Source of the DNA: Balanoglossus misakiensis
Lineage: Eukaryota > Animalia > Hemichordata
Assembly: GCA_040954595.2 (NCBI GenBank)
Contig: CM082582.2
Coordinates: 10,469,483-10,533,482 of the forward strand
Reading direction: 5' to 3'
DNA length: 64,000 nucleotides
Positions 62,687 to 64,000 of this stretch are shown here, in pieces. The notes beneath the pieces were generated by a model. That model was given only the letters and a program-made list of their open reading frames with translations, searched no databases and was not told where the DNA came from. Position 1 is the first letter of the stretch. Each line of letters opens with the position of its first letter. The translations under genes and the position numbers were made by a program.

Positions 62687-64000
62687 AGGGCGTCGACTGC
62701 AACTTCATCGGCTATTTAGAGGGCATCTGTTACCGACTGTAAGTGAGACGCACCACATCTGTTCAGAAAGAGAGGCAGAGAGTGATGCTGATTACCATGG
62801 CGATGCGGCATCACTATCTACAGAAGTGCTCACTTGTCAAGGATAGCCTCCTTTGTAGCCCGGTGGTGATCCTGATCAACTTCACACGTTTTTTTTTTTT
62901 TTGTCTTCAAAGGGATCCAGAGTTCCATGGTCGCTCTTTCACAACATTGTCACATTTGTCTTTTTGCATGTTATCAAGTATCTACTGGTTACGTTCTTTC
63001 GGTGCGTTTTTATTTTTTTGCTTCGCGAAAAGTCAAATTTCTCACATTTTTATGAGAAAAAAACAACCGTAGGCCCTTGAGTTGCGATTCATGTCTGTTT
63101 CCATGTAAACGTGTGATTTTTGAAGCCTTTCTACCCGAGTTTTAATCTTAAATAAGCCCTCCAGCTGCTCTAACATCCTTGTTATCATTCTCATTTTTTT
63201 TCTATCGGCCATCATTTTCGTTAAATCCTTTCTCATACACACTGCCAAGGAACCAGTTTAAAATTGTAAATGGATTTTTTGTGTAATCACAGATAAGTAG
63301 GCTCATCCTTTCTTTACGATTGACCTTCGGAGTGAAGAAACGCGAAAATGGGACCAAAATTAGCCTGTTGATTATTTTTTCTTTCACGGAGAGAAAACGG
63401 TGTTGAGTTCCGTGTTTGTTGATAAGCGTGCATTGACGCAGACTGACACTGAAGGGGCGAAATATGTGGATGGGATCGTACTCTCCTTTCTGAACGTGCG
63501 CATGTTAGCTCGGCTCGGCAATAACACTGACATTCGATTTGACGCATCCTCTCCACTTTCGTCGAATAATCCGAGATGGCATTTTCTCATTTCTTCCCTT
63601 TTAAGTGGCCGTGCCTGTCACTAATCCGAGCTGGCGTTGCCCAGATTAAAGTCCCTCGCTGAAACTTTTCATTTAGATGTCGCTGCAATTTCGGTCAACT
63701 GTTGTCATTCGGTGAAAATTGTGCGGCGTGCACAAGAGGGGTATTGTACATTTCAATATAGAGCAGGCCGTTTTTTAATAGCATTTTGTCTCAAGACTAC
63801 ATTTTCAGTCATTCCCAATCGTAATTTAATATACTCATTTTGTTAATGCCTCGGTGGATAGTTTTCAATGACTACATGAGAATTGATCGACATGAAATGT
63901 TAAGTTATGTAAGAGTTTTAGCAAATTAAATGTTTCTGTGCAGAGGCAATATTACAGCTGCTTTTTTAAGGGGGGAGACCACAGTTGATGTAGGTGTTTG

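Overview
Eukaryotic, intron-rich animal DNA with no prokaryotic operons, CRISPR arrays or RNA genes. Gene content (NXPE, HYR/CUB/Sushi receptors, a scratchB-type factor) suggests a marine invertebrate deuterostome such as a hemichordate or echinoderm; this is inference. I rebuilt gene models by hand from splice sites and frame continuity. In order: INTS8 exon 1 (-, not in the ORF track), CIAO2B/FAM96B (+, with a U12 AT-AC intron), a short ANKAR-like gene (+), a CUB/C-type-lectin receptor (-), a CRAL-TRIO protein ending in a CaaX box (-), an NXPE SGNH-family enzyme (+), a CUBx3-LDLa receptor (-), a Sushi x3/unnamed domain/EGF x3/HYR x2 receptor (-), a scratchB/Kahuli-type Snail-superfamily factor (-) and NUDT21/CPSF5 (+). 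The last NUDT21 coding exon is only 22 nt and follows an 8.4-kb intron. Best leads: (1) a UGUA-flanked intronic poly(A) site, candidate alternative last exon and CTCF-like motifs in that NUDT21 intron, a possible CFIm autoregulatory circuit or regulatory block; (2) an unnamed exon-shuffled extracellular module; (3) a probably prenylated Sec14-like protein; (4) an E-box-bearing hairpin in the scratchB intron; (5) alternative first exons and microexons in the ANKAR-like gene.
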